The notes beneath the pieces are model-generated. The model was not told the origin of the DNA, made no database searches, and saw nothing but the letters and a program-made list of their open reading frames with translations. DNA of 62,351 nucleotides, the filler included, from Dugesia japonica (taxonomy: Eukaryota), in the NCBI GenBank assembly GCA_001938525.1. It is 5 parts of 5 records of this genome, joined end to end, with 100 filler letters (N's around TTAATTAATTAA, not from the genome) between each part and the next. Parts side by side here need not be neighbours in the genome. Positions count along the whole stretch, not along the records: positions 38,695 to 52,893 come from MQRL01648326.1; positions 52,994 to 62,351 come from MQRL01647183.1; 3 more parts are not named here. One strand, 5' to 3'. The position numbers and the translations under genes are program-made. Below are positions 50,303-62,351 of the stretch, one piece after another. Numbering within the stretch: the stretch's first letter is position 1; the number at the start of each line of letters is the position of its first letter.

Positions 50303-51744
50303 TATAGAGTTTTCATGTTTAAATTTATTGTTTTTTAATTGATGTTTATCTTGTTTTAATTGATTAATATTTTTTTAAATGATAAATATTTTTTAAATAA
50401 TGAATATTTTTAAAATATAAATACACTGAATTTTAAACAGATAAAACATTAACATATAAATAATAACAATAAACAAATAAAATATTATAAATAATTTTAT
50501 TCTTCAAATACATTTACATCTCCTAAGCATTTTATGGTGTTATTGGTAACACGCCTTACATAGTTTTTGGATTGTCCAGTTGTTAAAATGATATCAAAAG
50601 TATTAATTATTCTTAAAAGTTCTTCGCCGTTTTTGGGTTTTTGAGACCTCACAATGCTTTTCCATTTGGAAAACATAAACTCAATTGAATTAAAAAACTG
50701 GCTATATGGTGATAAAAATTTGATGCATAGTTCTTTGGATTGAATGAAACGTGAAATTTCACTACATCTCTGAAAAGGAACGTTATCCATAACTATAATT
50801 GGTTAGATTCTTCGAAATGAAAATCTCTTACATATCTCCTAAAAGGTCTAAACAAGTGGTTCGGTTCCCAGATGCATTCAATATTTCGTAATGAATTAAT
50901 CCACCTTTCCACATACAAGCTATGACCGTTTTGTTTCTTGACTTAATACCGAGAGTTATTTCAATTGCTTTTTTCTGATCTTCCATAATATCTTCTCATA
51001 TTAACTTGGAATCCAGTTTCATCAAAAATCAAGATTGTTCGTCCATTTGTTTGTTCAAAAGACCAACCACAGTAGCTTTTTCTTTCATCAGCTAAACTGT
51101 CAGTAGTCGCTGCATTAGAAACATTTGAAATTCTTTTAATCGAATAATTAAATGTATCAATATAACTCGATAATGTTATCAATATTGCTGTCAACAGACG
51201 AGAAATTTTCAAAAATCTATTCTTAAATTTCCCGTAATGTAATACTACAAATTTCAATTAATAAACCTTTAATAAATGCTATCTATCCATAAGATAACTT
51301 TTTCGGCCTCTTTCCTTCTACATTCAATTTTGCAATTTTGCCTGTTTTACAATAATCACTATAAATTTTAACAACACTATGGAACAAGCAGTCATACATT
51401 GAATGTCTTAGCCACTGAAGCACAAGTCGATTCCCCTTTTCTAATGCTTGAATTACATCAAGACGTTTATCATCCGAAATGTTTTTAAATTTTCTTTTTG
51501 ATATTATATCATAAGAATCCATGGCAATTTTTACAGACAAGTTAATATATATCTAAAAATACGAAACAATTAAAATTAATATTTATTATTAAAAAAAAAC
51601 TAATCAATTAAAATTAAATATTTTTTATTTAAAAAAAATATCAATCAATCAAAATTACATATTTATTATTTTAAAAAATATGAATCAATTAAAATTAAAT
51701 ATTCATTAATTAAAAAAGAATAAATTTATACCAAAAACTCTATA
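50303..51744 (-). mobile_element. IS630/Tc1-type element with TIRs, transposase fragmented
   Basis: LIFDETGF...YGRS, MDNVPFQ...FLSPYSQFFNSIEFMFSKWK. TIRs tatagagtttt...aaatttatt and aataaattt...aaaactctata. About 40-bp subterminal tandem repeats at 51565-51715. Confidence 0.85.
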
Positions 51745-52993
51745 TGTTAATATTTGAAAATTTTAAATATTAAATTTTAATAATTAATTAATAATTTGTA
51801 TTACAACCATGGTAACAAATATTATATATGTATAATTTGTTTACCTTTAGGGTATAAACTATTTCTATCAATAAAATAATCACTGTTATAAATAAATTTT
51901 TTTTAGAAAAATTGTGAAATTAAAAAATAATTTAGAATAAAAATATTTAACTATTTATTTTAATTAGAAAGAATTTTGATATAAATAAAAAGAATAAATA
52001 TATATATTCTAAAGACTTTCTCGTTCTTAAAACTTTTCAATATTTTATTGTATTTTCCAAAAATACGAATTAAATTCCATTAAGAAAATCCAATTTATTA
52101 ACTAATTTTACTAATGAGTTGCTTTATATTATTTATTTACAGAAAGAAATATTTCCGTTTCCATTGCAAAACTAAATGCCATTTTATAATCCTCTCGTTG
52201 TCATTTTGCAACTTGATTTATATGAGATTCGCGCAAATATAATTAACTGGAGTGTATCACTGTCAACTATTAATTATCATCATCATCAACTTATTACTGC
52301 CTATACAAATCATTAAAGACAAGGTAACAATCACCCACCACAAGCCATTTTGTATTGTTATATTTTACAGTTAATATATATTTTGATAATTTTTTCTAAG
52401 AAAATACAGTCATATTTGGTTCTTGTCATTTTCTATGACATATATCTTCTTTTCCTGCCCAGACGTCATCGGAATTACAAATAAAAGAAAATATATTCCT
52501 TTATTGACAAAGTTATTAAAATATAACAAATCTATTTTATGTATGTTGAATTCCATTAATTTTATTTCCTAAATTATAGAGTCGGCAAATTTTTAAAATT
52601 AGAAATTGAAATGTTTACCAGCACTAAAGGAGAATCTTAAAATTTATTAACTTAAGTTGATTTATACTTTATAAATATTTTAAAATTTATAAATAATAAT
52701 ATTTTCAAGTAAATTATGTTTAAAAAAGATAAATTAATATTAATTATTACCAATTAATACATTTTAAACTTGAAATTATTGATCAAGATTGTTTTTTCTC
52801 TTTTATTTATAAGTAATAATAATAATAATAATAAAAATAAAAATAAAAATAAAAATAAAAATAAAAATAAAAATAAAAATAAAAATAAAAATANNNNNNN
52901 NNNNNNNNNNNNNNNNNNNNNNNNNNNNNNNNNNNNNTTAATTAATTAANNNNNNNNNNNNNNNNNNNNNNNNNNNNNNNNNNNNNNNNNNNN

Positions 52994-54238
52994 AATGATT
53001 TTATGCTAATTTCAGAAATAATAGAAGTACTTGAGCCAATGAAACTAGTTCTAGATGCATTATGTAGGCAAGATGTTAATTTTTGTACTACAAATAAAAA
53101 AATTGATTGAAAAACCAGTCGTACTAACTAAAGATAATTTTGAAAACTCTGGTATTGACGAGGAAAATAATGAAGAATCATTTAATTTCATTTAAAACAA
53201 GTTACAAGAGAAAATAAGAAAAAGCATTGAGACTGTTAAACCTCAAACACAAACACCTTATTTAATTGATACTATTAAGAAGGAAATAAATATATTTGAA
53301 AATGGTTAAATCCGAGAAAAAAATTTAGAATTAGTGTATAAGTGTTTGTTATCAATTCCATGAACAAGCATTGCATCTGAGGGGGTATTTTCTGTAGCTG
53401 CATATTTGAACAATATAATAAGATGTAGGGTAAAGGATCATACCTTAGACCAGGGCTTTGGAGCAGTTCAATTTTTATGGTGCTCCTCTACAGCTCCATC
53501 CGGCCCTTTATCCCTGCTCCACGCTCTACTTCATGCTCCAAGGAAAATTTATAAATATTAAAAATCTTCCAAAGTTGAAAGAAAAAAGTTTTTTACTGTA
53601 AATTAACTAAATGAACATTATTTCAAGTTTTTAAATAGTCTTATCTTTCAANNNNNNNNNNNNNNNNNNNNNNNNNNNNNNNNNNNNNNNNNNNNNNNNN
53701 NGGTTATTCCGTTGGTTTTAATTACCTATCTTGATTTTTCATTTTCATTATTTCCCTCCTTTCAGTCAATGATTTAGTTTCTTGGCCATCGTTTATTATT
53801 TTTGTTGTTCCAATTACCACTTCTTTTGTTAGTTTGCTTTAATTCTTCGTTATCTCCTGCTGTAGTTCCAGTTCTTGCATCCCTTATACGAGTTTTGATC
53901 TTCCAAACCGATTTTGGTTTTCATAATTCTTTTCCCCAACTTGACTCTGCCCTTTTGGGGTCCGAATTCTTCATTTTCTTTTCTTATATAGATCTTTCGA
54001 ATTCCGTGTTTACTCACGCCATTATTTTTTCCTTAATCCGGTGTTTCACCCCAACAATACTATTAAGAAGGAAATAAATATATTTGAAAATGGTTAAATT
54101 CGAGAACACAATTTAGAATTAGTGTATAAGTGTTTGTTATCAATTCCATGAACAAGCATTGCACCTGAGGGGGTATTTTCTGTAGCTGCATATTTGAACA
54201 ATATAATAAGAAGTAGGGTAAAGGATCATACCTTAGAC
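52994..54238 (+). mobile_element. hAT transposase 3' fragment, with the end present twice (53270-53449 and 54057-54238)
   Basis: LEPMKLVLDALCRQD and LELVYKCLLSIP*TSIASEGVFSVA...RVKDHTLD. Confidence 0.8.
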
Positions 54239-54694
54239 CAGGGCTTTGGAGCAGTTCAATTTTTATGGTGCTCCGCTACAGCTCCACTCCGGCCCTATAT
54301 CCCTGCTCACGCTCTACTTCATGCTCCAAGGAAAATTTATAAATATTAGAAATCTTCCAAAGTTTAAAGAAAAAAGTTTTTTACTGTAAATTAACTAAAT
54401 GAACATTATTTCAAGTTTTTAAATAGTCTTATCTTTCAAATTTTGCGATGAGCTCAGTAAAATTCTATAGCGTAGATCGACATAAGCTCCAGAAAGAAAT
54501 CATGTACGCAATGCATGTATGACATACATTGTATGTACTAGTTTAGTATATCTACTTTAGTACGTTTAGTAAGTTTATTAAATAATGTATTTTTAATAAA
54601 CTGGAGCAGCGGAGCAATCAAAATTATTGTGTTCCAATCTCCGCTCCAGCTCCGGGCAAAACCTTGTGCTCCGAAGCTTCTGTCCAAAGCCCTA
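54239..54694. mobile_element. hAT-type MITE with an 8-bp TSD, inserted in the hAT transposase (partial second copy at 53451-53652)
   Basis: TIRs cagggctttgga and tccaaagcccta, TSD ccttagac / ccttagat, internal gctcc/ggagc repeats. Confidence 0.85.
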
Positions 54695-55864
54695 CCTTAG
54701 ATACATACACATATTTTCAAAAATAAAAAAAGGATAAATGATACATTAAGCATCTCATAAATATAATTCTGTTTTGTTCTTATTATTTACTTTTGTTATG
54801 TATGAATAGACAATATAAAAAACCTCTCCTTACCTTTTGAATTAAAAATGTATTTAGTATTTTTGAAAATTGTTTATTTTGCACTTGTTACTTATTAAAT
54901 GAAGATTAGATAGGCATATAGAAAATATATTATTCCACATGGGCATTGTGAAACAAAGCTGTCCATTGTACAATACAAAGCAAANNNNNNNNNNNNNNNN
55001 NNNNNNNNNNNNNNNNNNNNNNNNNNNNNNNNNNNNNNNNNNNNNNNNNNNAATCCCACAAATTATTAATTGTTTAAACTTTTGCTCGCTTGTTGTTTGT
55101 AGTTCTTCACTTAACACGTTCACTAAATTCGTTCAATTTTGCGCCACGTTGGCAGAATTTGACCCCTTAATCGTTTTTCGTTTATAATCCATACATGTTG
55201 ATCCCGTACTTCTTTGTTGTCTAATTGTAGTTGAAACAATATTATCACATCAATAACCGATAGATTATTGGCTCGGTAGGAATAATAATAAAATACTGGA
55301 TATTCCTATGACGTTTCCAATTATTGTAATTTTCTCAAAGTTTTCTGCTTGCTATTGGTTTTATTTTTTAACTATGAAATTAACTCTGTTGCTTTTCTCA
55401 GTAACTCATGAAAATTCAATTCCACTTAATGTACAATTTTAAATGCAATTACTCTGAATCTATACTTTGACTGTCTATAATACTCTACGATTACTTTAAT
55501 AAAATACACTTCGGTTATTTTTCTTTACTTTCATTTAATTTTGATAAGTTTTTACACTGTAAAATACAGTTATTTATACGTTAGCCACCTCTTCATCCCT
55601 TAATACTATTTGCACAACTCCGTACATTATGAATATTTTCATTAACATTTAATATTGTTGAATTTCTAGGCAATTTTGTAATACACAATGAGTTGTTGTA
55701 GTCCATCAATTTGTACTCGCAATTTCTCTATTATTCGACATAGTTGTTGTATTTGATCCATGTAATGTCCTTTGTTTTCTGCATTCCGAGTTCTCCAATT
55801 TCTTTAATTTTATGCCATCGGTGTATAAAGTCCACTTAGAAGTTTTATTTTCTTATAATTTGTA

Positions 55865-58800
55865 ATAGTTACAAAATTTTCATCAATCTTCATAATTAAA
55901 TAATAATAATGAAATACTGAAAATATTTATTAAATTAAATTAAATTAAATGTCCACTTGTTAAAATATTATTTAAACCAATCTCTTTAAATTTTCATAAC
56001 TCACCCTCAATTAAAGTGTTTACAATCGCTTTAGCCGCTCTATTCTCCTGGTTTTCAAACCATTTGGATACTTGATTTCCACTTGATGTGCTGACACTAA
56101 CCTCACTATCTGATATAGTCCTTCATATTGAAAATCATTTTTTTCCTTCTGAGTGGTTCTACCCTTACTAATACCCACTCTCCCTCCTTGAAATATCGTT
56201 GTCCACGTCTCTCTCTCAAAATTCGTCGTTTTACCTACTACTTCATCCAAATTTTGCTTCACTGTATCTGTTCTGTCTGTCATATTTTCTGCAATTGTTA
56301 CTTCCTTGGCATGTAAGTTTATCTTCCGACCAAACACGATTTCGAATAGTGAGAACTTTTTCGAATCTTGAAATGTTGTGTTAACGCTGAATTCTATTCT
56401 TGGCAATCTTTCTCGATACATTTCCCTTTCAATGTTGTCATAATTATATCTGTTACCGTACATATCATCCGTTCTACCAAACCGTTCGATTGATGTTGAT
56501 ACGGGGAGCAAAACTCCTGCTTATTTACAAACTGTTTTAGTTTATTTGCATATATGTACCCTCGAATACCTTTCCACTATCAGTCAGAATATTACTCAGT
56601 TTGNCAGAACAATATTTCTATTTGTTCAGAATTATTCCAAAAATAGTTTCGTCATAGAATTTCGAAACCGCTGATAGACTGACTAATTTACTAAACCCAT
56701 CAAAAATCACAACCATTTATTTCTTTCCATACCTGCTCTGTTTCATATGTTCTATATCCACTACAATTTCTTCTAGAAAATCTAAACTCCTTCGTGGTTT
56801 AAGTTCTTTTTTTCGTTCGATCCTGAACTATCTTCCTCTTAGCATAAATCTTGCATTTATTCAAAACTTTACTGATTGTTTCTTAAATTACTGACAAAAC
56901 TTAGTTTTTATGTACAAATGAAAATAATTGTTTTCTTTCTACATGGCACAAATCCTTGTGAATCTTTTTTTTCACTTCATCAATCATGTCCGACAGAACC
57001 ACTATAAGATTTTTGTTTCCTTTTTTACACTACTTATAAATCCTCAACTATTTTCAGCTCGTATTTCACTTTGTCTATATAATTTCTTTGATCAGATCTA
57101 TTTGTGTCTTTCACTTTACTTTGAAACGCTGTAAAGTTTCTTTGAATCATTGAATTTATGTTTTGAACCTTTCTATTTGCTGCTATATTATTGGTTTCTT
57201 GCTGAATTTCATTGAAAAATTTCACCCTTGATTTCTCACTTTTTGCATTCATTTGTTTGATGCTACATTGTGAACATAAACTCTCATTTAATCTGTATAA
57301 TCCATCAGTATTGTCGTGTTCTTCACCATTCCAATAATTGAGCTCAAAATAATATTCTTTCAATTTTGCCATTCATGTCTCGAATTGTGGACTTTAAATA
57401 TACTAAATATGAAATCGGTTTCAAACAACAATTTCTTGTGATCCGTCCGCAATACGAATTTCTCCCCGTAAATATATTGTTTGAAATGTTGCACATACTC
57501 GTGTACTACTAGTAATTTCTTCACTCTAACACAATATACTTTTTTTCGAGAGCTGCCAGGTGTCTAGAACCATAGGCTATCACTAATTCACCTTTCTCCG
57601 ACCTTTGACCAAGAACTGCACCGATAGTTCCAAAACTGGCATCTGCATCCAAGATAAACATCCGTTCCTTCCTTGGATACTTTAACACCAGTGCACAGCA
57701 TAGGTTGTTCTTTAAATTATCAAAACTGCTTTGGCACGCATCTGTTGAAATATTGCTTCTTAAAAAGAAGCTTCGATCTTAGTCTAGTTCTTTATAAACC
57801 GTCTGTAATAATTGGATAATCCGAGAAAGGTACGAAGTTTTGATGAACATTTTGGAACTATAGCTTGTTTAATCTCATGAATCTTAAATTTATTCGTTCA
57901 TATAACAGCTGTTCTCCCCGTATGACCTAGGAGCACCAATTCTTCTTGAATAAATTTCCATTGTTCTGGGTTCATACTCAAACTGCAGAAAACTGTCTAA
58001 ACGATGGCCGGACAAAACGGTACGGATAAAATGGTACGGACAAAATGGTATGAAGACAAAATAGTACAGATAACATGGCATTTACGAAATACAATTTTTT
58101 AATTTATTTTTAGGATTCTTAAAAATAATAGTATATACAGGTTATTTTAAACAATATAATTTATAGTATTTTTTAAAGTTTAAATTAGGGTTGCACGATT
58201 TTGTAAACAAAATTGTCAAACATTTATATCATTGATTGTTCTGAAATTGTTTCTCGTTCCATTTGTCGACGACGTAGTTGAGTGCAATGCTGCTCTTGTT
58301 GCAGTTCTTGTCAATTTAGTAAAAGAAGAATGCACCATACCAACAGTGTTGTTAAAAGCATTATGCCAACCCTCAAGTGCATTGTTGCTGCGAGTCAAGT
58401 TATCAATAACTCTTGAATATTGATTTTATGATGTTTTCAAATTTTAAATAACTGTATATGAAATTATTACTGGTGATATCCAGAAAAAATAGTATCTAAT
58501 TATTATGTTATATGATGTCAATACCATTTTGTCCTAGAACTGTCTATAACACATCGTTTTGGCTTTCCATCGATCTCCCATAAACTAATATATCGTCTAA
58601 ATATCCAATAGCTCCTTTGAAAATCAATCGTTATAGTATGTTGTGCACCAATTTCTGAAATGTAGCCGGCGCTGTAGTTAATCCAAATGCCATCCTAATG
58701 AACCTGAACTAACCTTCTTCTGTACTAAATGCAATGGCATCCCTTGATGTTTCTTTCAAATTCATCCGTTAATATGCTTATCCCAGATCAATAAATGAAA

Positions 58801-60810
58801 ATAATTTCGCTCTTGATAGGCAATCCAACAATAACAAAATGTCGGGTATAGGAAAAGATACTTTTTTCTGTTCATATGTTAAATTGTTTATAATCTAGTC
58901 ACTTCCTTATTGAACCATCCTTTTTACCGACAATAACTAGAGAATAATTCTATGGACTATTGCACTTGCTAATCACACCTATTTTAAAAATATGCTTTAT
59001 CAGGTCTTACTGCTTTCATCTCCAAATGCTTTGGTTGCCGTCGAGGGTGTTGTACAACTGGATCGCCCACCACTTTTATTTCATGTACCATTTTCTTTTT
59101 GTGCCCAATATCAAACTTCGACGCCATAGATACTCCACCAAATTTAGTAATCATGTGTAATAAACTTTTATTGTCGTTATCTCAGAAAATCTTTAAAACA
59201 AAATTCTTTCTCTCCCCATCTGAGTGAGTTTTCTTCAAACAATCAACTTCAATGTTATTTATTTCAACCAATTTTATTTCAAATATATGCATCGTGTCAA
59301 TGCCACCTATAAATTCTAAGTGAATTTGTTTAACTATGATGACTTGAACTGTCCTAATTTTTTTATTTCAATGAATTTCCAGTTCTACTGTGCTTAATGA
59401 TTCTTCTCCTATATTTCTAAACGCCTCATTCAATTTGATATCACATGATGTTAATAGACGTTTCCCAATTTTTATCCAATACCCTTTGCTTATAACTAAA
59501 CCAATGCTCCCGAATCCCATAACATTTCTAAACTGACTCCGTTAATATATACTTCACTCTACTCTCAACCATCTTCTTTCTCCAACATCTCTCATCTTTC
59601 ATTATAATTTCGATTTGTTTTGCCATTCTTTATGATAATTCTATTGACGAAATGAATGCAATGTACTCTTTTTAGTTTTTTTCAATCACAACATCATATG
59701 CTTCTATACTTCCATCTTCTTCTTTTCGTTTTCTCAATTCTTACTGAATACACACAATTTTAGCATTACTCCTACTCCGACCAGTTTTACCGCACACTAA
59801 ATATCTGTCCTTCGATGGACATCGATATCGACTGTATTCGTGTTCTTCGCAACAATAACATTATCAATCATGAGGTTTCTCATCCTGGGACTCTGGGATC
59901 CTTCTGCTCTTGTTAAAATTGCATCTTGCTAAGTGTTTCATTGATACTGTGAATCTTGACATCCTATCTGTGTTCTACTTTTCGTCTACACCGGTTTTGC
60001 AATTCTCTCATACAAAATTTCTCAAATTTTAGGCATTTCTACTCTCATTGTTCCATAACTATGATTAGTACTGGTGGGAAAATTACTCACATGTAGCCGC
60101 TTACATTATTTTTTTTAAACTTCACCGCATTTGCATAAATCGTATTTTGTATAATACAAACATCTTCATTACCAGCTGCTTGTTGAGGATGTTCCTTGTA
60201 TTGGTAAAAGTTTGTGAGTAATCGTATTTCAGTGATCTTAATGTCGTCAGTGCCTTTCTAAAATTCTTATTTCTAACCTTTTTTGATAGTAAATCGTTTA
60301 CTATTTCATCCGTGCTTGACCCTGAATTCACAACATTAATTATCAAAGTTCCTACGCGAATCTCGCAGGTTGCAAATCTTTCGTCACTTTTCTGTCTTAA
60401 CATTGCAAGTTCTAATATAAGTTCTGAAAATAATTTTTTTACTGTGATTGTATCCATAAAACATTTCTTGGCATCATCAATCGTGACACCATCACATTTA
60501 TAATTTTTCCACAGAATACTAGCTTCATCGAACAATAACTATTGAAAAATACCCAGCATCTTTAAGTCTTTTAAAGCAATCCATTCTTCTATGTCTTTGA
60601 ACAACTTTAATGCTTCTGATGCATCCTTACCATCGTATTTTCTAATATTTAAATTTATTAATTTAAGTGCCTTCTTTGATAGAGCATCAAAAATTAATTT
60701 TCGTTGTTTCTGTCACGTTACACCATTAACATTTTTGACGTGGTCGCCAATCATAAATCTTCATCAATCTTCATAATCAAATAATAATAATGAAATAAAT
60801 GAAAAACTCA
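55865..60810 (-). mobile_element. Near full-length decayed Ty3/Gypsy element (gag, protease, RT, RNase H, integrase)
   Basis: PBS TGGCGACCACG at 60749-60739; shared LTR sequence at 60760-60806 and 55878-55923; gag-like ORF 60535-60122; MAFGLTTAPATFQ; YLDD; FILDADASFGTIGAVL; LRTDHK; FEIVFGR; YEGLYQI. Confidence 0.9.
58002..58539 (-). mobile_element. Mutator-like (MULE) deletion derivative nested in the Gypsy RT
   Basis: RSNNALEGWHNAFNNTVGMVH (MULE C-terminal motif), GGACAAAATGGTA terminal repeats, 9-bp TSD ctgtctaaa / ctgtctata. Confidence 0.8.
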
Positions 60811-60958
60811 ATGGTGTATGTTTGCTGGTTTTTATGTTTGTGCTCAATATGATTTATAAAATTTCAAAAAATTTTAAAATTGTGATTTTTCATTATAATT
60901 TTTAAAATTTTCAATAATTGTATTAAAAATTCAGTGGTGTATGTTTGTTTGTTTGCTT

Positions 60959-61430
60959 TTATTGAAAATTTATTAAAGTTTAAAAATTTTTAAAGATATA
61001 ATGAAAATAATTCAGAAAATCACCAAGAGAAGTATTCAGAAATGGTTAACTTCAGTTATAATTTTAAAAATTTTAAAGAAAATTTTAAATCTTTCAATNN
61101 NNNNNNNNNNNNNNNNNNNNNNNNNNNNNNNNNNNNNNNNNNNNNNNNNNAAGAACAAGAAAAATTTATGAAAGCAAATAATTTAAAAAATGAGAATAAA
61201 ACATCTATAAATTTTGAAAATAATTCTCAAAATTTTAAGTTTTAAATATCAAACTAATGATACAGATTTGTATTTATTTTATTGAAAATTGATTATAGAT
61301 TAAAACTTTCTAAAGACTTGAACAATAAAATAAAAATAATTCAGAAAATTACTAAGAAAAGTATTCAAAAATGGTCAACTTCAATGATGATAATTTTAAA
61401 AATTTTAATAAAAATTTTAAAACTTTTAAA
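60959..61430. repeat. Diverged direct duplication of about 140-150 bp (60959-61098 and 61279-61430)
   Basis: ttattgaaaatt...aaaataattcagaaaat.ac.aaga.aagtattca.aaatggt.aacttca... occurs twice. Confidence 0.65.
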
Positions 61431-61559
61431 TGAAAGTTATTGATTGCTGTATCAAGTCAAGTCCATTTTTGGCGCCACAATGAGACTTTTTCTTTAATAT
61501 TAAGATTAGAATATTGAGATTAAAATAATGAAGTTAGAGTACGTCAAAAGCATCAAAAT

Positions 61560-62351
61560 TATGGGGCGAATATTTTGACAGGTAATGGTTACACGTTTAG
61601 AAAAGAGTAGATTATTAACACTAAAACAATTTGGACATGTATGTAATATCGTAGTGATAGTACCAAAGAAAGATGATTATATCCGTATGTGTTAGAATTT
61701 TTGACGATTGAATGAAGTAACTGAAAAATTCTCTTTTCCGGTACCTGATATAAACACACTTTTGGATACTTTAAATGGATCAACTATTTGTTCATCTATA
61801 GACTTAGGACAAGTTTATTATCAAGTTGTGTTAGACGAAGATTCACAAACAGCCTTTAGTACAAAAATTGGACAATTCTGTTTTAATCGGTTGCCCTTCG
61901 ATTTATGTACAGCGCCAGCAACCTTTTAGAGTTTATTGAATTTGATTTTTAAAGAAATGCTGTATAAAAGTGTAATTGCTTATTTGGATGACATTTTAGT
62001 TTATGGAAAAACTGTCGATGAACATAATCAAAGAGTAGAAAAAGCATTTGAATTAATTAAATCAGAAAAATTAAAAGTTAATTCAGGAAAGTGTGTTTTT
62101 GAAACTGATAAATTGAATTTTTTGGGCCACACAATTAGTCAAAAAAGAATTCAAACAAACGATGATAGAATTCAAAAAATATAAAAGCATCAACTCCAGA
62201 TTGTGTTACGCAGTTAAGATCATTTATCAAAGATTATGCTACTATTATTGCGCCGCTGTATGCAATGAGATCAGGACATGTAAAGTTGATCGAATGGTCT
62301 AAAGAGGCTGAAAGTAGTTTCCAAAAGTTAAAGTTTGAATTATCTGCAGCA
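61560..62351 (+). mobile_element. Ty3/Gypsy reverse transcriptase fragment
   Basis: LNEVTEKFSFPVPDINTLLDTL...IDLGQVYYQV...TAFST...RLPFDLCTAPATF*...AYLDDILVYG...FLGHTIS. Confidence 0.92.

Noticed and set aside
54830-55860. Possible env-like gene next to the Gypsy element
   Set aside because: It lies outside the inferred 3' LTR, has many stops and shows no recognisable motif.
1305-62351. Diversity-generating retroelement or RT-driven diversification of the ANK exons
   Set aside because: No template/variable repeat pair with adenine-specific differences was seen. The RT genes are decayed Ty3/Gypsy copies on other assembly pieces.
1-62351. Alternative genetic code as the explanation for broken ORFs
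   Set aside because: Spliced host exons read cleanly in the standard code, and transposon ORFs also carry frameshifts, which indicates ordinary decay.

Overview
Very AT-rich eukaryotic DNA, probably from an animal with small introns; this is not a prokaryotic region. The window is five pieces joined by artificial 100-nt spacers (N44-TTAATTAATTAA-N44 at 17119, 27295, 38595 and 52894), so adjacency across those points is unreliable. The main feature is a minus-strand gene (about 15603 down to 1305, continuing off the left edge) made of at least 60 exons that each encode exactly one ankyrin repeat. The exons are mostly 99 nt, always a multiple of 3 and phase 0, and are separated by 41-56 nt introns. 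The ORF track misses it almost entirely. The second theme is about 10 minimal type I hammerhead-ribozyme motifs in short Penelope pLTR-like repeats, several forming fold-back palindromes. The rest is mostly decayed mobile DNA: three Maverick/Polinton derivatives, five Ty3/Gypsy fragments, and hAT, mariner, IS630/Tc1 and Mutator-like elements and MITEs. Plus-strand exons of a probable SNX29-like host gene are also present. All calls come from manual reading and motif recall; no database searches were run.
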